Of a stretch of 64,000 bases of DNA, positions 1 to 14,219 are shown piece after piece. The notes beneath the pieces were generated by a model. That model was not told the origin of the DNA, made no database searches, and saw nothing but the letters and a program-made list of their open reading frames with translations. The stretch comes from Oikopleura dioica (lineage: Eukaryota; Animalia; Chordata), in the NCBI GenBank assembly GCA_907165135.1, contig OU015569.1:11408001-11472000 (forward strand), read 5' to 3'. The position numbers and the translations under genes are program-made. Within the stretch, counting starts at the first letter, position 1. Every line of letters starts with the position of its first letter.

Positions 1-950
1 TAGCAGCGTTCCCTGAAGAATAATCGGCGTAGGAAGATGCTGACATTGTAGCATAGGTCCTTGGCTCTTGAGAAGTTTGTTCTGGGCCTTCAGTTCTTCC
101 CTCGCGATTCGTTTCGCTTCCTTCGCGGCTTCTTTCTCCGCCTTCTTCGCATCCTTCATTGCCTGCTTCTGCAATCTTTTCTGTTCCTTCTGAGCTTCTC
201 GCTCTTTCTTTTTCAACTCTCGTTCTTCCTTTCGTAATTTCCCTGTTTCAGTATTTTCCTTGGCCAGTTTTCTTTCTAAGAATAAGCTTTAAAATTCGCA
301 AGTATTCAATCTGAAAGTACCTTTTTTCTCATCTAAGGTTTTGTTCTCAGCAGCTGATTCCTCAAGCATCATCCTTTGCTTAGCCGCACGAGCTTCTTCC
401 CCGATTTTTCGGAGCTCTGGATCGGCACTCGTGAAACAAGCCACATCGTAAATGTGTCCATTGAATGGCGAATGAAGATGCTTCAGCAGTGTTGCCTTCG
501 ATACGTCTTTTTCAAGGGTATTTAACTGATAAAAAACATGATTATAGATTCATTTGTATGAGAAGTCCCTACTTAGTTTGTTATAGTGTGCATTACAGTT
601 TGACCCGTTCATTTACGCTCGCAAAGATTGCATTTCCAATGGCTCGAGTTTTCAATTTGAGAACCAAGTACGTCTTCAATTTTCTTCGTCGGTTCATCTG
701 GATCAAAGTCGCACTCCTTCATGTGTTTCCCAAGTAGAAATGCGTTCTTGAACTGAAATAAAATTAGTGTTGAGTAAAGATTGATTACTTTCACCTCGAG
801 TTCGCATTTCGGACAAGCGTAAATTCTGAAGGGTCGCCTGTGCTCGAAATGAAAGTCTTCGTCGTGGTTTTCTTTTAATTTATGAATGATTAATTCTTCG
901 CCCGTAAGAAACCCAAGTTCGCAATCTTTATACCGACATATAAAGTCCAT
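1..950 (-). CDS. C2H2-like zinc-finger protein with Lys/Glu-rich coiled coil; multi-exon, 3' end beyond window
   Basis: ATG at 950 after TTTTTAG acceptor; FICRYKDC...IIHKLKENH, YACPKC...LGKHMKEC, WKCNLC motifs; short GT-AG introns; K/E-rich exons at ~320-500 and 1-270. Confidence 0.6.
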
Positions 951-1086
951 CTCTTTTCTAAAAAGAAAGTAAAACGTCAGAAAAGATCTTCCAAAGTCTC
1001 TTCGAATCGTTTGTACAGTAACTGTTACAATCACAGTAATGGCAGGAGAATGAGTCTCTTTTTTTCTTCAAAACAACGTTCATTTT

Positions 1087-1583
1087 TTACTTTTTCTTTT
1101 TGTTGTTTTCTTTCTTTTTCTTTCCGTACTCTTTTATCTCGTGCGCAACTACTCTCTTCGCTGCTTGAGAGTCAACCCTCAGCCGCTTCTTCTTATCTTC
1201 AATATCTGAATAAAACGCGCATCAATGCCTCTCCTTTCCACTTTCCCAGCCTAACCTTGGGCCTTTTTCATGCTGACTTGGACTCTTTGGAGCTCGTCCT
1301 TGAGCGCTGTCTGTTTCGGATCGACGCCATTGACGGTGTTGTAAACCCAGGCCATTGAATTCATTGTGTAAAGCGATAACAGATCTAATTTGGCCTGCTC
1401 CAACGGTGGGAGCTTCTTCACTTCCTCTTGTGATAGCTCCGTCAGCTTTGTAACCTCTATATTTGAATGAGTCTTAATACTGACTGTTTCAAAAGACTGA
1501 CCTTTCATAATGCCGTCTAAACTAGCTTCAAAAGCAGAGCAGCTGGCTTCGATTTCTTTTGGTAGACTATCGCTCACTTCCAT
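1087..1583 (-). CDS. C1D: C1D / Rrp47 nuclear exosome cofactor (Sas10/Utp3/C1D family)
   Basis: LPPLEQAKLDLLSLYTMNSMAWVY...GVDP...KDELQRV; spliced last exon DIEDKKKRLRVDSQAAKRVV...KKKK*, TAA at 1087-1089. Confidence 0.85.
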
Positions 1584-1831
1584 TTCTTTCTCAACTTTCT
1601 GAAAATCAAAATGGTACAGGTTGCTCGCATTTTTTTCAATTACTATGGATCGGATTTAATTAGATAACATCTGTAATAGCACTAACTGAAGAAATGAAGT
1701 TTCTAACATATCCAACATGAGTGTATAGTTTCGTTGTGGAGGACAGAAAACTGTGGAACTAGACAATTGTTTTTTTTTTGTAAAGAAAAATGAACACGAA
1801 TTGCACAGAATGGAGAAAGAAATAAACACGC

Positions 1832-4306
1832 TCAGCGGAGAAGAAGATTGACGACGGCTTTCGGGTTCAAGGAATTCAAGTCTTTGTAGGTCTGCCCGGT
1901 GCCGATGAAGACGATTGGCTGCCCGGTTGTGTACGTCATGGAAATAGCGGCACCGACTGAAATTGGTGAGTATGGACGTTCTTGTGTGTTACTTTACCTT
2001 TGTCGTCTATTGTGTCGAACTTGGAAAGTACGATTCCGTCGATCAAACGAGGATTAGTACTTTGGCTGCAAGAATTAGTTAGAGATCGAAATATAGAAGA
2101 CTCCTACCTATGATTGGCTAGGGATTTGTTGAACTTGGTGAGCTGGTCGATAGCATCATTTCCGACAAGAGCTTCGCCGACGAAAAGGACAGCATCAGGC
2201 CGGTTGATAGCGATCAACTTGGCAAGAGCACGCATAAGAGGCTCGTTATCCTTAAAAAATAAATGAGAGCGGAACGAGAAAAGGAATAGCACCTGCATAC
2301 GGCCGGCAGTATCAATGAGGCAAACATCGTAGCCCTGATCGCGCGCAGCAGAAATCGCGTGCATGGCAATAGTGGCAGGATCCTTTCCGTATCCCTGCTC
2401 GAAAAGCTTGACAGAGTCGGCATGGACTCCGTTGATTCGGTGGACGTGCGTTTTGAGCTGTTCAACAGCTCCAGCGCGGAATGTATCGCACGCGGCTATC
2501 ATGATGCGGAAACCTACAATTTTGATTACTTAATTTTGTTTACAAGGCGGGATCTTTATTACCGTTTTCAACCAGCCAGAAGCAGATCTTAGCCAGGTTG
2601 GTGGATTTGCCGACACCGTTGACGCCGCAGAAGGTAATGGAATAGGGTCTGCCCTCTCCTTTTGCATGTAAAACATCGCGAAGAATGTCGACTCGTCGAC
2701 GAGGTGTAAGAATTTGAACTAGGGACTCTTCAAGTCCATTGAAGACAGCCTACGATTTCAATGTTACTTTCGGGGTGGTTGAAGAAAGGAGCTACTTTTT
2801 TAATTGAAGAAAAAGTGCCGATTGTTTGGCCAACGAGCTTGTTTTTTACAGCGGAAATAAGCTTTGTTGCAATCTCAGATGCAACGTTTTTCGAAATCAA
2901 GTTATCCTTGTACTTCTGTAGAATCGGGTCGATGGAAGCTTCGGTGAGTTCTTTCTGGCTCACCAGAGTTTTGAACATGCTCAACATTGAGCTGGAAGAA
3001 GCAGAGGCTGAAATATATTGTAACTAACAAATTAGTGGGTTGAACCGGTAGTTATTCCATGGAGTAGCTAAAACGAACCATTTGGAACGAAATGGTTTTA
3101 TCTAAAATTCAACAGATGCGCTTGGCATAAAATTGAAACAGCTGTTCTTCTGGTATTTAACCAGATATGATGGAAATAGCCAATAACTTGCAATTAAAAA
3201 AGTATATGAAATGAACGCTAAGATTTTTGCATTGATTAGAAAGTTTATCATTTCACGTTTGTGCAAATGTATGTTCTATTGTTTTTAAAATGAAGCACCT
3301 GAAGTTTGAGATCCTTTGCAAAGACCAATAAATTATTGATCGATATATTATGCACAACTTTTAAACTAGAAAACTGTTCATATTTCGATTACGCGCACTT
3401 ACTATTTGAGTCAATGTCGAGTTCTTCAACAGCGAGGCCTTTCACTTCGCCTTTCATCGTTCCCTTGGCCTCCTTGTCCTCCGTCGTGGGCTTGATCACG
3501 TCAGCAGCAAGGTTGCTTTCGCTCTTTTTGCTGTAATCAAGCTCCTTGAAGTCCTCCTTGGTGCCTTCGCCGGGCCATTTGCGCGCTTCCTTCTTTTTCT
3601 TTCCCTTCTCCTTTTTCGCGGGCTTCGGCGATTTTCCATAGCTGCCCTTCATCCTTTCTATGTTTCGTTGGATCTCGTCTTCGTCGGGCTCGTCAAGCTG
3701 CTTCATTCTGCTTTCCTCCTGCTCTCTTCGCTTCTTCTCTTCTTTTGTCTCGATCAAACCAGAGCCCTTGATCGTCTTACTGCTTTTCTCGGACTGCTGG
3801 AAAGCTCTGGGCTTCTTTGGTACTGCATTTTTAGAGTCGTACTCTACTTGGGCCAGGGTTTTCTTAAACACAGAGTCGAATCCGTCGAAGTTCGTTTCCA
3901 AATGACCAGCGATTCCGTCCTACAAAAAGCACATGATCACATTGGATCACTAGTATCGATGGCTTTACCTCCAAACGATTCTTGTACATGTCCCTAAACC
4001 TCTTCTTGACTTCAGTTAAGAGCTTGTCAATATACGCCAACTGGAGAAAATTCTGATAGCCAACAATGAACACCAGATCAAATTCGTTGTCCAACTCACT
4101 CTGCAGGGCCAGCTTGTCATAGTGAAATGTCCCCGAGTTTTTCTTGAAAGAAAGTTATTAAAAAGATATTCTTCATTACATACATCGATGAGGGCATATT
4201 TGATCATCTCATTCACCGCTGCTTGAAAGTCGAGTTTGAGCAGGTCCGCCTGGAAGTACCAAAGAACCAGGCCGCCCTTCGAAAGAATGCTAAAGAAATC
4301 CAACAT
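1832..4306 (-). CDS. SRPRA: Signal recognition particle receptor subunit alpha
   Basis: N-term [16 protein letters not shown]; GTPase motifs [51 protein letters not shown]; many short GT-AG introns. Confidence 0.95.
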
Positions 4307-5554
4307 TCTTTTCTAAAAGGAAACGATAAGTTCATTTTTATCTTTCTTGACTCGTGGGTCTTTTTGTCAACCAGGCAGAGGTCAAGAGCCAGGTAGAGCA
4401 GCATGTTATTGAGCACGTCACATGATAGGAATAAAATAATATTCTTAGTTAATAATATAATAGTAATAGTAGCTGTATCATTCGTCTAAAGCCGAGATAA
4501 CAATAGTTTGGGAACCAGAGAGTTTAAAGTTTACTCGTTAAAGTTGCTGAGTCGAAGAGTAAAAAAGAAAACAGCAAGAATAAGAAGAGAGATAGGACGA
4601 TACTTTCCTAAACCTCAAAAGTGCAAACATGGAGGAGATTTGATCTTTTTTAGTCTTAGATGATTGAGCGCAAGTCCATGCGTTCAAAAGTTTAAAGTTA
4701 AAGTTATTTATTCTGATCAGTAAAAAGCTCTTGGAAAAAAGAAGGGTTGATAGATAGGAAAATTGCTTGGGGAAAAGAGAGAGAGAGGGAGAGAGAGACA
4801 GTTGCACTTATTTTTGGGAAGCCGAACAAGCTTTTTTGGCGAGCTGATGTTCTGAAAACACCTCTAGTGAAATTAAGCGAGAGGAACACTACAGTAGTAC
4901 ATAATACAAAATGCTGTTGATAAATAAATTGCTTTGCACAAATGCTAATACAGGCAGAGATACTGTAACAAGCAAGGGGATAGCCACGGTCACTGGAGAT
5001 CTGTTTTGGCAAGAGTTTGAGTGGCTCCCCTGACTGTAAGTGTATCTTAAAGTTGCGGAATACTCTGTAAACGATGTTGATCGTACTTCGTTTTTTAATG
5101 CACAAAATTGACTACTTGTAAATTTTTCCTTTGAGGCTAAAGCTCTAGACAAAGATTAAATAGTAAAATAACGGGAAAAAAGGGGATTGCTCCAAAAAGA
5201 AACCAAAACTAATACTGTAACAGTTCAGTTGTGTATTTTCAAAAAGAACTGAAGATAAACTTGCGCAGTTGGATCGGAACAGAATTGCAAGAGAAGGCAA
5301 ATCGCTAGAATTGTGAGATCTTTTCGCTTTTTTTTTTGATAAAACTGGCGGACACACAATGAACAAAGAAAAAATAAATATGTCGCCGAAAAATTAAAGC
5401 GAAAAAGAGGGGATGAAGAAATTTTAAAAATGTGTGAAAGTGAAAAATTATCATAATAAAATAAAGTTTCTATACAGGATATCGCAGAAAATAAAATAGA
5501 TAGTCTCGAAGGGTAAAATGAAGAATTTGAAAAACATGATCGTCCGAGCAGAAA

Positions 5555-8500
5555 TCATGAGCGATTGACGGACGCGGGCCATTTGCGAATGCCACCTTGT
5601 GGCTCTTCTTGCGGCGAGCGGACGGGTCTTCGGATTCCACTGCCACCAAGGGCGCCCTAGAATTAGGATGTCATTTTCTCGCCTTTTCGAAGTCGATTTT
5701 TACCTCTGGCCGGCGAACAGGACGGGCAATGTTCGCCTGTTGAGCTCTTCTGGCAATGTTTCGCGCTCGTACAGTTTCCTAAAAGAAAAGTTTCAAGAAT
5801 CGATAATACAAAAAAGCCAAACCTTGATTTTCTCGACTTCTCCCTGGTACTTTCTCCTGTCCTTCAGCGCACCCTCTCTTGCTTCTCGCAGAGCAGCTAA
5901 AATAGAATCGACGGTAAAAAAGCTGAAAAGGACCCGGAATACTCACATTCAAGGCTTCGGACACGATCGGCTGTTGCTCGAAGTCGCTTTTCTAGTTTCG
6001 GTAATTCACATCTGAGGTCTGCGTTATCACGCACTAATTGCTTGTGCACAGTGGTAAGTTGGTTTAAATTCGTTTCTAAGAAGCCGATTCGGTGTTTTTG
6101 CGCGGTCGATCCTTCCACCAAATCGCAGTCGGTACTTTCGCCCTAGAATTTGAAAATGAAGAATGACGACGGGGATGATTTCTACCTGAGCTTTTCTGAC
6201 ACGCTCTCGGAGATCCTTGACGAACATTCTTCTCAAGCTATGAAGTGTCTGCAGTTCTCGGCCAACTAGAAAGTCAATTATTACTTGAATACTACAAATG
6301 AGCTCTGACCAGTTTCTTCCAAGCCTCGAAGATCATTCTTCGCCTGGTTCGTTTGTTCGTGTTTCGTCTCCATCTCCTTGAGCTTGCCCTCTTTCTCAGA
6401 GGCATGTCTCTGCAGCTGGGCGTATTCGGACTTGATTCGGTCGGACTCGGCGTGCGCTTCGTTGTTCTTTGCCCGGAGTGACTCTACTTGGGTGTTCTTG
6501 GCTTCGATCTGCTCGCGAAGGCGTTTTACTTGACGAGCATGGAATTCCCGGTTACTTTCCAATTGAGCTTCCATTGACGTTCGGAAATGATCGACTGATT
6601 CAGATTGGGAGGCGACTTTTTCTGAAGAAAGTAAAATGAGTGGCTTGCAGTAGACTTCAAACACCACTAGATTTTTTCTTACCTTGTGCTCTTCTTTCTT
6701 CTTGTTTTAGCACCTCCAACTCTGCGCACCTTTGATCAAGCTCTTCTTCTAGCGATCGTTTCTTCCTAAAAAGAGGATTAAAAGTTGGAACTTTTGAAAA
6801 ATTTTCGTACGCTTCGGATTCGTTGTAATCTTGCTGGAGTTCCACCGAGCGCGCTTCGTATTGTTTGATCTTTTCCTTGTATTCTTGGAGTTCCTTTTCC
6901 TTCGCTTCGGTTAATTTGTGCTGATCGGTTAGATTCGTTTCTGCTTGCTTCGCTCGATTTATGACCTAGGTTCATGATGAATTTTTTGAAAAGAGGGCAG
7001 AAGAGATAGTACCTGTAGAACTTCGCCCTTCATCTTGGAAATGAGAAGTCTGGCAGAAGTGAATTCAGATTCTGAAGCCTGACCATCGGACTGAAAAATA
7101 GCTCGTCGTCAAATTCTGTTAGCCTTTTTTTAACAACTACAAGACACTACAACACTGTAGCTAACAATCGATGATTATGATTATTCAAGATGACATTTGA
7201 TAAAAACCAAATGCCACGAAACATAAAATGAATAATGTCTTTTGAAGATAAATGATGATTTTGCTCATTTCATAAACGAAAATAAATCGGTTATGAAGTG
7301 AGCACTATGAGATGAAACGATTCAAGAGTTGAATTGACAAGCTGGTCCTGCCAATGCGACTCGAAGATGGAAAGATACTGCAACGAAGTACCGTATGCTC
7401 CACTATTGAGTGATTCTACCTTTTTGGGGCTGAGCTCGGCCGTGTTCTCTGGATTCACGGCCATGCCCATGTCGCTCAGGTCACGGAGCAAACTCGACAT
7501 TGTCTCTGTCGTTCGCGTTTGGATTTCTTGATTTTGTTCCTTGACGAGTTCCAGTTCGCTCAACAAGTTCACGTTTTGCTCGTCTTTACGTCGGAGTTCT
7601 TCTTCCATTGCTTCGCGCTCACGACCGGCCTCTACAAAAATGAGTTAGTATGATTCTCTAGAACGTCCTTTGAGAGGCATGTTTTTTCGAAAATGATCCA
7701 TTCAGTTTAAGACAAAAAAATCAGCGAAAATGAGCTCGTCTGCTATGGCTATATGCGCAATGATGACAAGGTAAGTTGATTTCTATTAAATTCGGTCGAT
7801 ACTATACATATAAATATAGATATAAGACTTGATCCACTCGTTAAACTTTCAATTCAGAAAGAAGAACGAGCCACGTCCTGAGCCCATTAGCCTCTCGCAT
7901 CTCGTCTCAAGCGCTGGTCCCATCATGCCCTGGTACCAACTCAAAAAGACGGAGCTTCCAGCACTTTCCAGCCCGCGCGAGCTCGGCCTCTCAGAAACTC
8001 CCGCTTATCAAGCGAACAAGCTTTTTTCATGAAAATGAAAGAACCAAAAATAAACCAAACACAAATCAAATACACTACCTCCGAGTGCTTCTGCCTTTTG
8101 CTCATAGCTAACAGCCAGATCCTCAAGTGCGCGCATTAAGTCAGCCACTTCTTCTTTTGAGTTTTGCAGTTCTTGGGAGATTTGCTGGTATTCTGACGAG
8201 TTTCGGTCGTCGGAACCTTTCATGTAGGCGATGAGGTTTTCCTGCTCCATTAGTTGCGCTAGAAATGACGGTGAAAGCGGTTGTTACAGAGAAAGAAAGG
8301 AAGGGGTACCTTGTAGTTGTTGGTTAACTCTTGATAAGGAGCAGATTTCTTCATCTTTGTCGTCTAGTTGTTTATACAGCTCGCTAAATAGGTTTTTAAC
8401 TAAGATCTTACGAAATAAGACTTACGATTCTTCAGCAGAGGGGAAATCGCGTTTAGCACTGCCTAGTGGCGTCGCGCAGGGAGAAGGACGGACGGATCCC

Positions 8501-9747
8501 AAGAAACTATCACCTTGACCTTGTGGATCGATCATTAATGAGTGATTACTAGAAGCAGCTCCTCCTTGCGAGGGCTCCTTTTTCATCGCGAGAAGAACTG
8601 CGTCTTCATTGACTTGCTCCTCTTCGGGCACTGTTTCTCCGCGTCTCCATCGTTCGAGTTCTCGTTTCAACAACTCAATCTGTGCGTTTGCTTTTTTGTT
8701 CTTTTCTCGTTCCTTTTCGTATTTTCTTCTCCACTGCTCGGCTGTCAGTTCAACATTCGCCACGACCGAATTCTTGATCGTCTTTGCTCTCACACCGAAC
8801 ATCAACGTCGATTTCGTTTCGGCTTCATTATATTCGGCTGGGGAGGCGCAAATGATGATCGTCGTTCTGCAGTTTCCACCGAGCGCTTCTTGCAGAATTC
8901 GCGTCATTTTCGAGTCTCTGTAAGGAATGTGCGTCTTTGTACCTTCCGCCAAAGCCGAGATGACATTTCCAAGGGCGGATAAAGACTTGTTGATGTTCTT
9001 TGCTTCGTCGAGAACGATGCCTTCTGCTCCTGTTTTGCCGACTTTTTCGGAACCAGCCAAATCGACGAGGTAGAGCTTTCCGTTGAGCTTGGTCTCTTTC
9101 GTCTTGTCTTCTTGTGAGACCTGGATGAGGAAGATCGAGTGACTTCTACTCGACTGGTCGTTCATATTTGTGCTGGCCACGGATCGGTTAGACTTTCCTT
9201 CGTCGACAACGTCCATGACATCTTCCGGCGAGACCACGAAGCGTTCTGTTGCTCCTTTGACATAGGGAACGCGGTTGCCATCTTCGTGCACGGGAAGGTT
9301 TGTCTTCGAGATGTCGAGCAAGTCTCGTACTTTGTCCAGATAAATTTCAAAGTACGAGACTTTGATGTGGAACTCGATACTCTCGTCCATGCCGTAGATG
9401 TGATTAAAGATGTCGTCGACGATTCTCGGAATGATACCGCTCAAGTTACTGTCGTGAAGAACACCTTCCATCGTATGCGTCTTTCCTGACGACGTCTGGC
9501 CATACGCAAAGATCGTTCCATTGAAGCCGGTTAAGACGTCCTTGACAATCGGCTGCGCAGCGTATTTGTAGACGGTCTCCTGCTGCGTCGTCTCGTTGAA
9601 AATGCGGTCGAAGGTGTATGTCTTCCCGTCGAGCTTGATCTGCTCGTCGCTGATGAACTTGGGCAGAAACTTGTCCTGCCTCGCCAGTTCCTTGCTGTTC
9701 AGCGGCCGGAAACGGCACATAACTTTTATCGTGACCGATTCCGCCAT
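5555..9747 (-). CDS. KIF5: Kinesin-1 heavy chain
   Basis: Motor motifs [19 protein letters not shown]; neck [17 protein letters not shown]; stalk [22 protein letters not shown]; tail NIARPVR; TGA at 5555-5557. Confidence 0.97.
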
Positions 9748-11123
9748 TGCTCTCAGTTTTTACTCGCCCTCCCGTATTCTAAAAATTGGAAAAATAATGG
9801 TCAGAAAAATTGACAAAGAACAGGGTTTATTGTGCGTATTCTATGTATTTACATCACAAAAAACTTAAGATGATAATAATGCGAGCACGAGCATTACGTT
9901 TCAGAAGAGACGAAATATTCATGGAAAAATTGAACATGGGCAGGAAAAAGAAGTTGGTTTCGCTCAAAAAATAAGCAACCAAAAAAGCTCATCAAAACAT
10001 ACCGCCACACACGATTTTTAAATCAACAGGGGGGCAGCTAACTGGGGAGAGGGCAATCTTTTTCCTTTCCTAATTAGGTGAAGCCATGTTGATTAAAAAA
10101 AAATGCCTGGCGGTAGAATTTCGCAGTTGTTGGAGTTCTTTTATGCTCTTTTTTGAGACTTGGTCAAGAGGTTAGACAATTTTCCTAAAAGTGGCAGTTT
10201 GACAAACAGAGCAGTTTTCCTGCTCCGTTCGTTAGAATTTCGCTAAGTTGATGAATGAAATCTTTGTTGGTGAGTTCTGGGGATTTGTAGATGACCAAAT
10301 TAGCAGGGAAATAATAATTTTGACTAGTTTCTTTTGGAACACAACTTGAAGTGGTTACGTTTATATCGATGGCAATTCGAGGAATTGCTGATAAGAAAGC
10401 TTTTTCTGGAACAAAAATGGTGAAGAAAAGCAAAAAATATACCGGAAAATTATTTACAGGAGAGAAAGCAAGAGGACAGGGCAATGAAAAGTACAATTTT
10501 TCTAATTTTTAAAGACATAAATTGAAAAAAATAATAATATAAAATCGTTTCATCAAGAAAGGAGTACAGTAATTGGCAAGCATTTGATCTGATCATCAAT
10601 TTTTTAGCGAATGTTGTTGGAAACAGTTTGCTTTTCAATGATCAGTAGCTTTTAACATAAAAAATGGTCAGAAGATGGTGAAGTGAGGAAAGAACGTAAA
10701 AGAGGTACAGTAGCCTAGAGTATACATGTGTTAGTCTGTGTATGTGCGTGTGTGTGTGCGTGTTTGTCGGGTCTGGTGGGAGGGTCTCGAGCAAGCTCTT
10801 GATAAGACACAGTATTGCTACTGTCCATCAACAGCTGACTCGCCCAAGCTGTCTTTTTCAAAAAGAACCAAAAGAAGCAACATGTAAAAATGCTTGAGCA
10901 TATGCAAAAAGCTATGTTTTGGCCGTGAGTTGATTTTTCATTTTCCATATGACAAGTTTAAATTCAAAATTCAAAAATCAATTTTTGAATTCTAGTTCAA
11001 CAAGGGTGTTTTCTATAGTGATTGTTACAGTAGAGCTTGAGTTGAACGAAGTTAAGTTGTCAGATGGAAGATTGCTGTATTATCCGCCTCAGCAGGCGGA
11101 GCTGCGGAGAGGACTAAATCTAC

Positions 11124-14100
11124 TCAGTTTTGGGAAGCGAAGAGAAGCGCGATGAGTTGTGATTTCTGTTCTTCCCTGGCGCCGGCGCTTGGTCGACGGG
11201 CATACTTGCGACAGAGGCTTACGTGTTGCTCTCGGAGTTTTCTATACAATATGGAATTTATCTTCACATTAGTAGTGGGCATTACTTACTTCGTTTCCTC
11301 GTTTGGACGCATCATGAAAACAAGCTGCTCGTCCCGTCGTGCTCGACTACTGTTCATCTGCTGCTAAACATATTTCAGAGGATGCATACATATCAGCTAA
11401 GTTTAAGGGGAAAGCCCTCGATAAATCAGGCTTTTGACAAGATAGCAAGAGTTAATTGAATATCTACTAAGAAACATCTATTCTAAATTGACTGTTACTG
11501 CAATATCGGGAACATAAAAGACTAAATCCTTAATTTTGCTTTTATATCTAGCATTTGTCAACTGCATTTTTGTTTGCTTGAGAAAACGAAAGAAAGATTG
11601 TTTTTTGTTTTTGAAAGTGGCAGATAGTTTTTTCTTTATTGAATTGAAAGTTGATAGTTTTTTAAAGTCCATTCCCTACCGGAAGTTTTCCTTGTCCTTT
11701 TCGTAGGTTTTCGGGTCCGTTTTCGGCGGCATCGGTTTCTGCTTCTATTGCTTCTTGTTTCATATCTAGTGGCTCTTGTTTCGTTTCGGCGGTGTTTTCC
11801 TCCTTTTTGGGACTTTTTACGGGCTGCTTGGCGCTTGAGTTCTCTTCTGGTTTCACTTGCGAGGCGCGAATTTTATTGATCACCTCTTCGTGCAGCTTCG
11901 GAAAGACTCTTTTCCGGACCGAGCCTGCGTCTGGGTTCGCCTTCAACCTGGCATTGCACTCGGCCTGAATTGTGAATTGAATTCAACAACGATTTTTTGC
12001 TATTTTGAATACCTTGATAGCCTCCATGTCCGTTTTGAAGGACTGGAATGGGTTCAATGCGATCTTTTTCTCGTAACAAATATCTTTGCAAACTACTCGC
12101 ATTTTCTGAATGAAAGTTTAGCAACTCTGCAATAATGCAAGAAGACATCAAGATCGGGATTCCCAGGCAGGCTCTTTAGGAAGAAAATTTTATGAAATTT
12201 GAGAGAAAACTCTGCCAGAAAAACTCGATTCTTGATGTCAATGAAAAAGAGCATTTTCTGCCTGAAAAAACTCTCGAGATTGATGCTCGAAGCTACCTTT
12301 GTTGCTCTTGTTGTCTGGAGGTAAAAACTCTGCTGGCGCTGCTTTTGGTTTTTCTGGTCCCGGCGCTGAACTGAGAGAGGCGTTTTGTTGGGAAGCTTCT
12401 GAAGATGAGTGCTGAAACGCAGTGGCCGATTCTAATCACACCTCTTTACAATTATGCCCGACTTTTAAAAATCATGAAAAGCGCGATTTTAAATTCAAAA
12501 TCAATCGATTTAAAATTGAAGCAGCGTTTTTAGAATTAGTTGTTAGTTGTTGTTTTTTGGCGTGTTAGAGAAGGCGTGAATTTTGAAAAAGCGAGCAAAC
12601 TTGTGACTGTAATTTGCTAATAGCAACTTACCTTGTCGTTCCCGACCATGATTCGTCTTCTAGTGCTTTTTGGCAACTGCAAGCCACCGTACTTCTTCCA
12701 GTAGCGCCAACACTTCGAGCACAGCCTTTCAAACACTATATTAGTGCCCCTTGATATAAAAATATTAGATAAGGATGCATATATAATATACTCGTATTAT
12801 ATATCTCAGGTTTTATATACGCAACTAATAGTAAAATGGTGTAGTACCAGGAGTGATAGCGCTCGGGGCCCCATGGGAACCAGAGCTTGTCCTCGGACTC
12901 GAAGGCGCAGCATCCTTCGCAGGGACGGGTTCGCGATTTCTCGTCCATTTGGTTCTCGTGCTTGCACATTTTCGACGGCTTGTCGTACGGAGGAATGAAG
13001 ACGAACTTCAGCTTCTGCTGCTCCTCCGTCATTTTTCGCTTTTTCTTTAATAATTACTTTAATAATCATCTTTTTTATTGATAAATTACCCTTTCGACGC
13101 ATCGGTCGCTCGTTTTCCAAAGGTAGTAGAACTCGACAATGCTAGACAGCGTCTTCCAGGGCAAGTAATCGTCGCGGATTGAGAGAAACTCCTTCTGGTA
13201 CTTTTGCATTCCTTCCTCGAAGAGCTGCGCTTCGGCCTTGGACCAGTCTTCGAATTCGTCGCGGACAAAGACGGGACCGACGTTGATTTCGCCGGCAACA
13301 GCTGCGTTGTTTGGCAGAAGTCGCTCCGTTGCTTTCGCGAAGTCGTAGCCAGCTTTAAAGAATTAAATAGAGATAGCCAGGAAAGACGTATTTACCTTCG
13401 TGGAGATATTTGTAGGCAGTGGTGAGGGTCATGTCCCGCGAAGCCATGGAAGCGGCGTCGACGAGTCCCATTTTGCCGCAGCTCGGCTTGTCCAACGCTC
13501 TGGCGAATGTACCCACCGAGCGGAAGAGACACGTAAAGCGCTCAATCGAGAGATCATCTATCCTGTTTGGTTCCCAGCAGAGTTCTTCAAGCTCTTCCGA
13601 GAATTTTTCGTCTTTGGATGAATCCTCCAACACTTCTGGGATGTTTTGGCATTGATACTTAATTTTATCATCGATTGAAACTTAGTTACAAATGAAAAGT
13701 TACCTTGGATCCTATGCGAATATCGCCACCATCCGCGAGCAGTGTCTTTTGCTTGGGATCGAATACCAGCGAGTAGTAGAACGTATCCGGCTCTTTGATG
13801 TACATCTGCATGTTTTCGGCGTCGCTGAGTATTCTGACGGAGCACTTGCCCCGGATAAGCGAGGCATTGACCGTCTCGACTTGGCGGGAGAGGAAGACTT
13901 CTCTGTGCGTGAGCTGGTGTTTCTCGACATCGTTGAATTTGTACTCGGAGAACATCGACTCCGCCATGTCGTTGGCATGTTTGTCGGCCAGGGCTGCTAA
14001 TGAATTTGGAATGTCCCTTCGTCGCTTGAAAAGAAAGATAGAGATGAGGGAGTGAAAGAAGACTTACATAGTAAGAAACAACTTTAGCAGCGACATTGCC

Positions 14101-14219
14101 TTGTGCCGTCTTTTGAAGTTCGTCGATTCTTCTGATGACAAGGGGTTCTCCTGCGACTGTTCTATATATACATAGTCGCCCACTTTGTACTTGTTTTCTT
14201 CCCCATGTTGACTCGCCAT
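11124..14219 (-). CDS. MTA: Metastasis-associated protein (NuRD subunit; BAH-ELM2-SANT-GATA ZnF)
   Basis: YKVGDYVY, HREVFLSRQVET, IRGKCSV, GDIRIGSK, FRSVGTFARALD, ASRDMTL, SANT VEFYYLWKTSDR, LCSKCWRYWKKYGGL, SFYLQTT; last exons less certain. Confidence 0.92.

Noticed and set aside
3030-3200. Structured ncRNA in SRPRA intron
   Set aside because: Only short hairpins; no convincing H/ACA or C/D boxes
4776-4799. (GA)n tract; also (TG)n at ~10736 and a 19-bp duplication at ~60099
   Set aside because: Ordinary simple repeats
7855-7930. C/D box snoRNA in kinesin intron
   Set aside because: C box imperfect (ATGATGG), no terminal stem or recognisable guide
12100-12300. Frameshift in MTA C-terminal region
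   Set aside because: Explained by a GT-AG intron joining SFYLQTTRATK to KMRVVCKD
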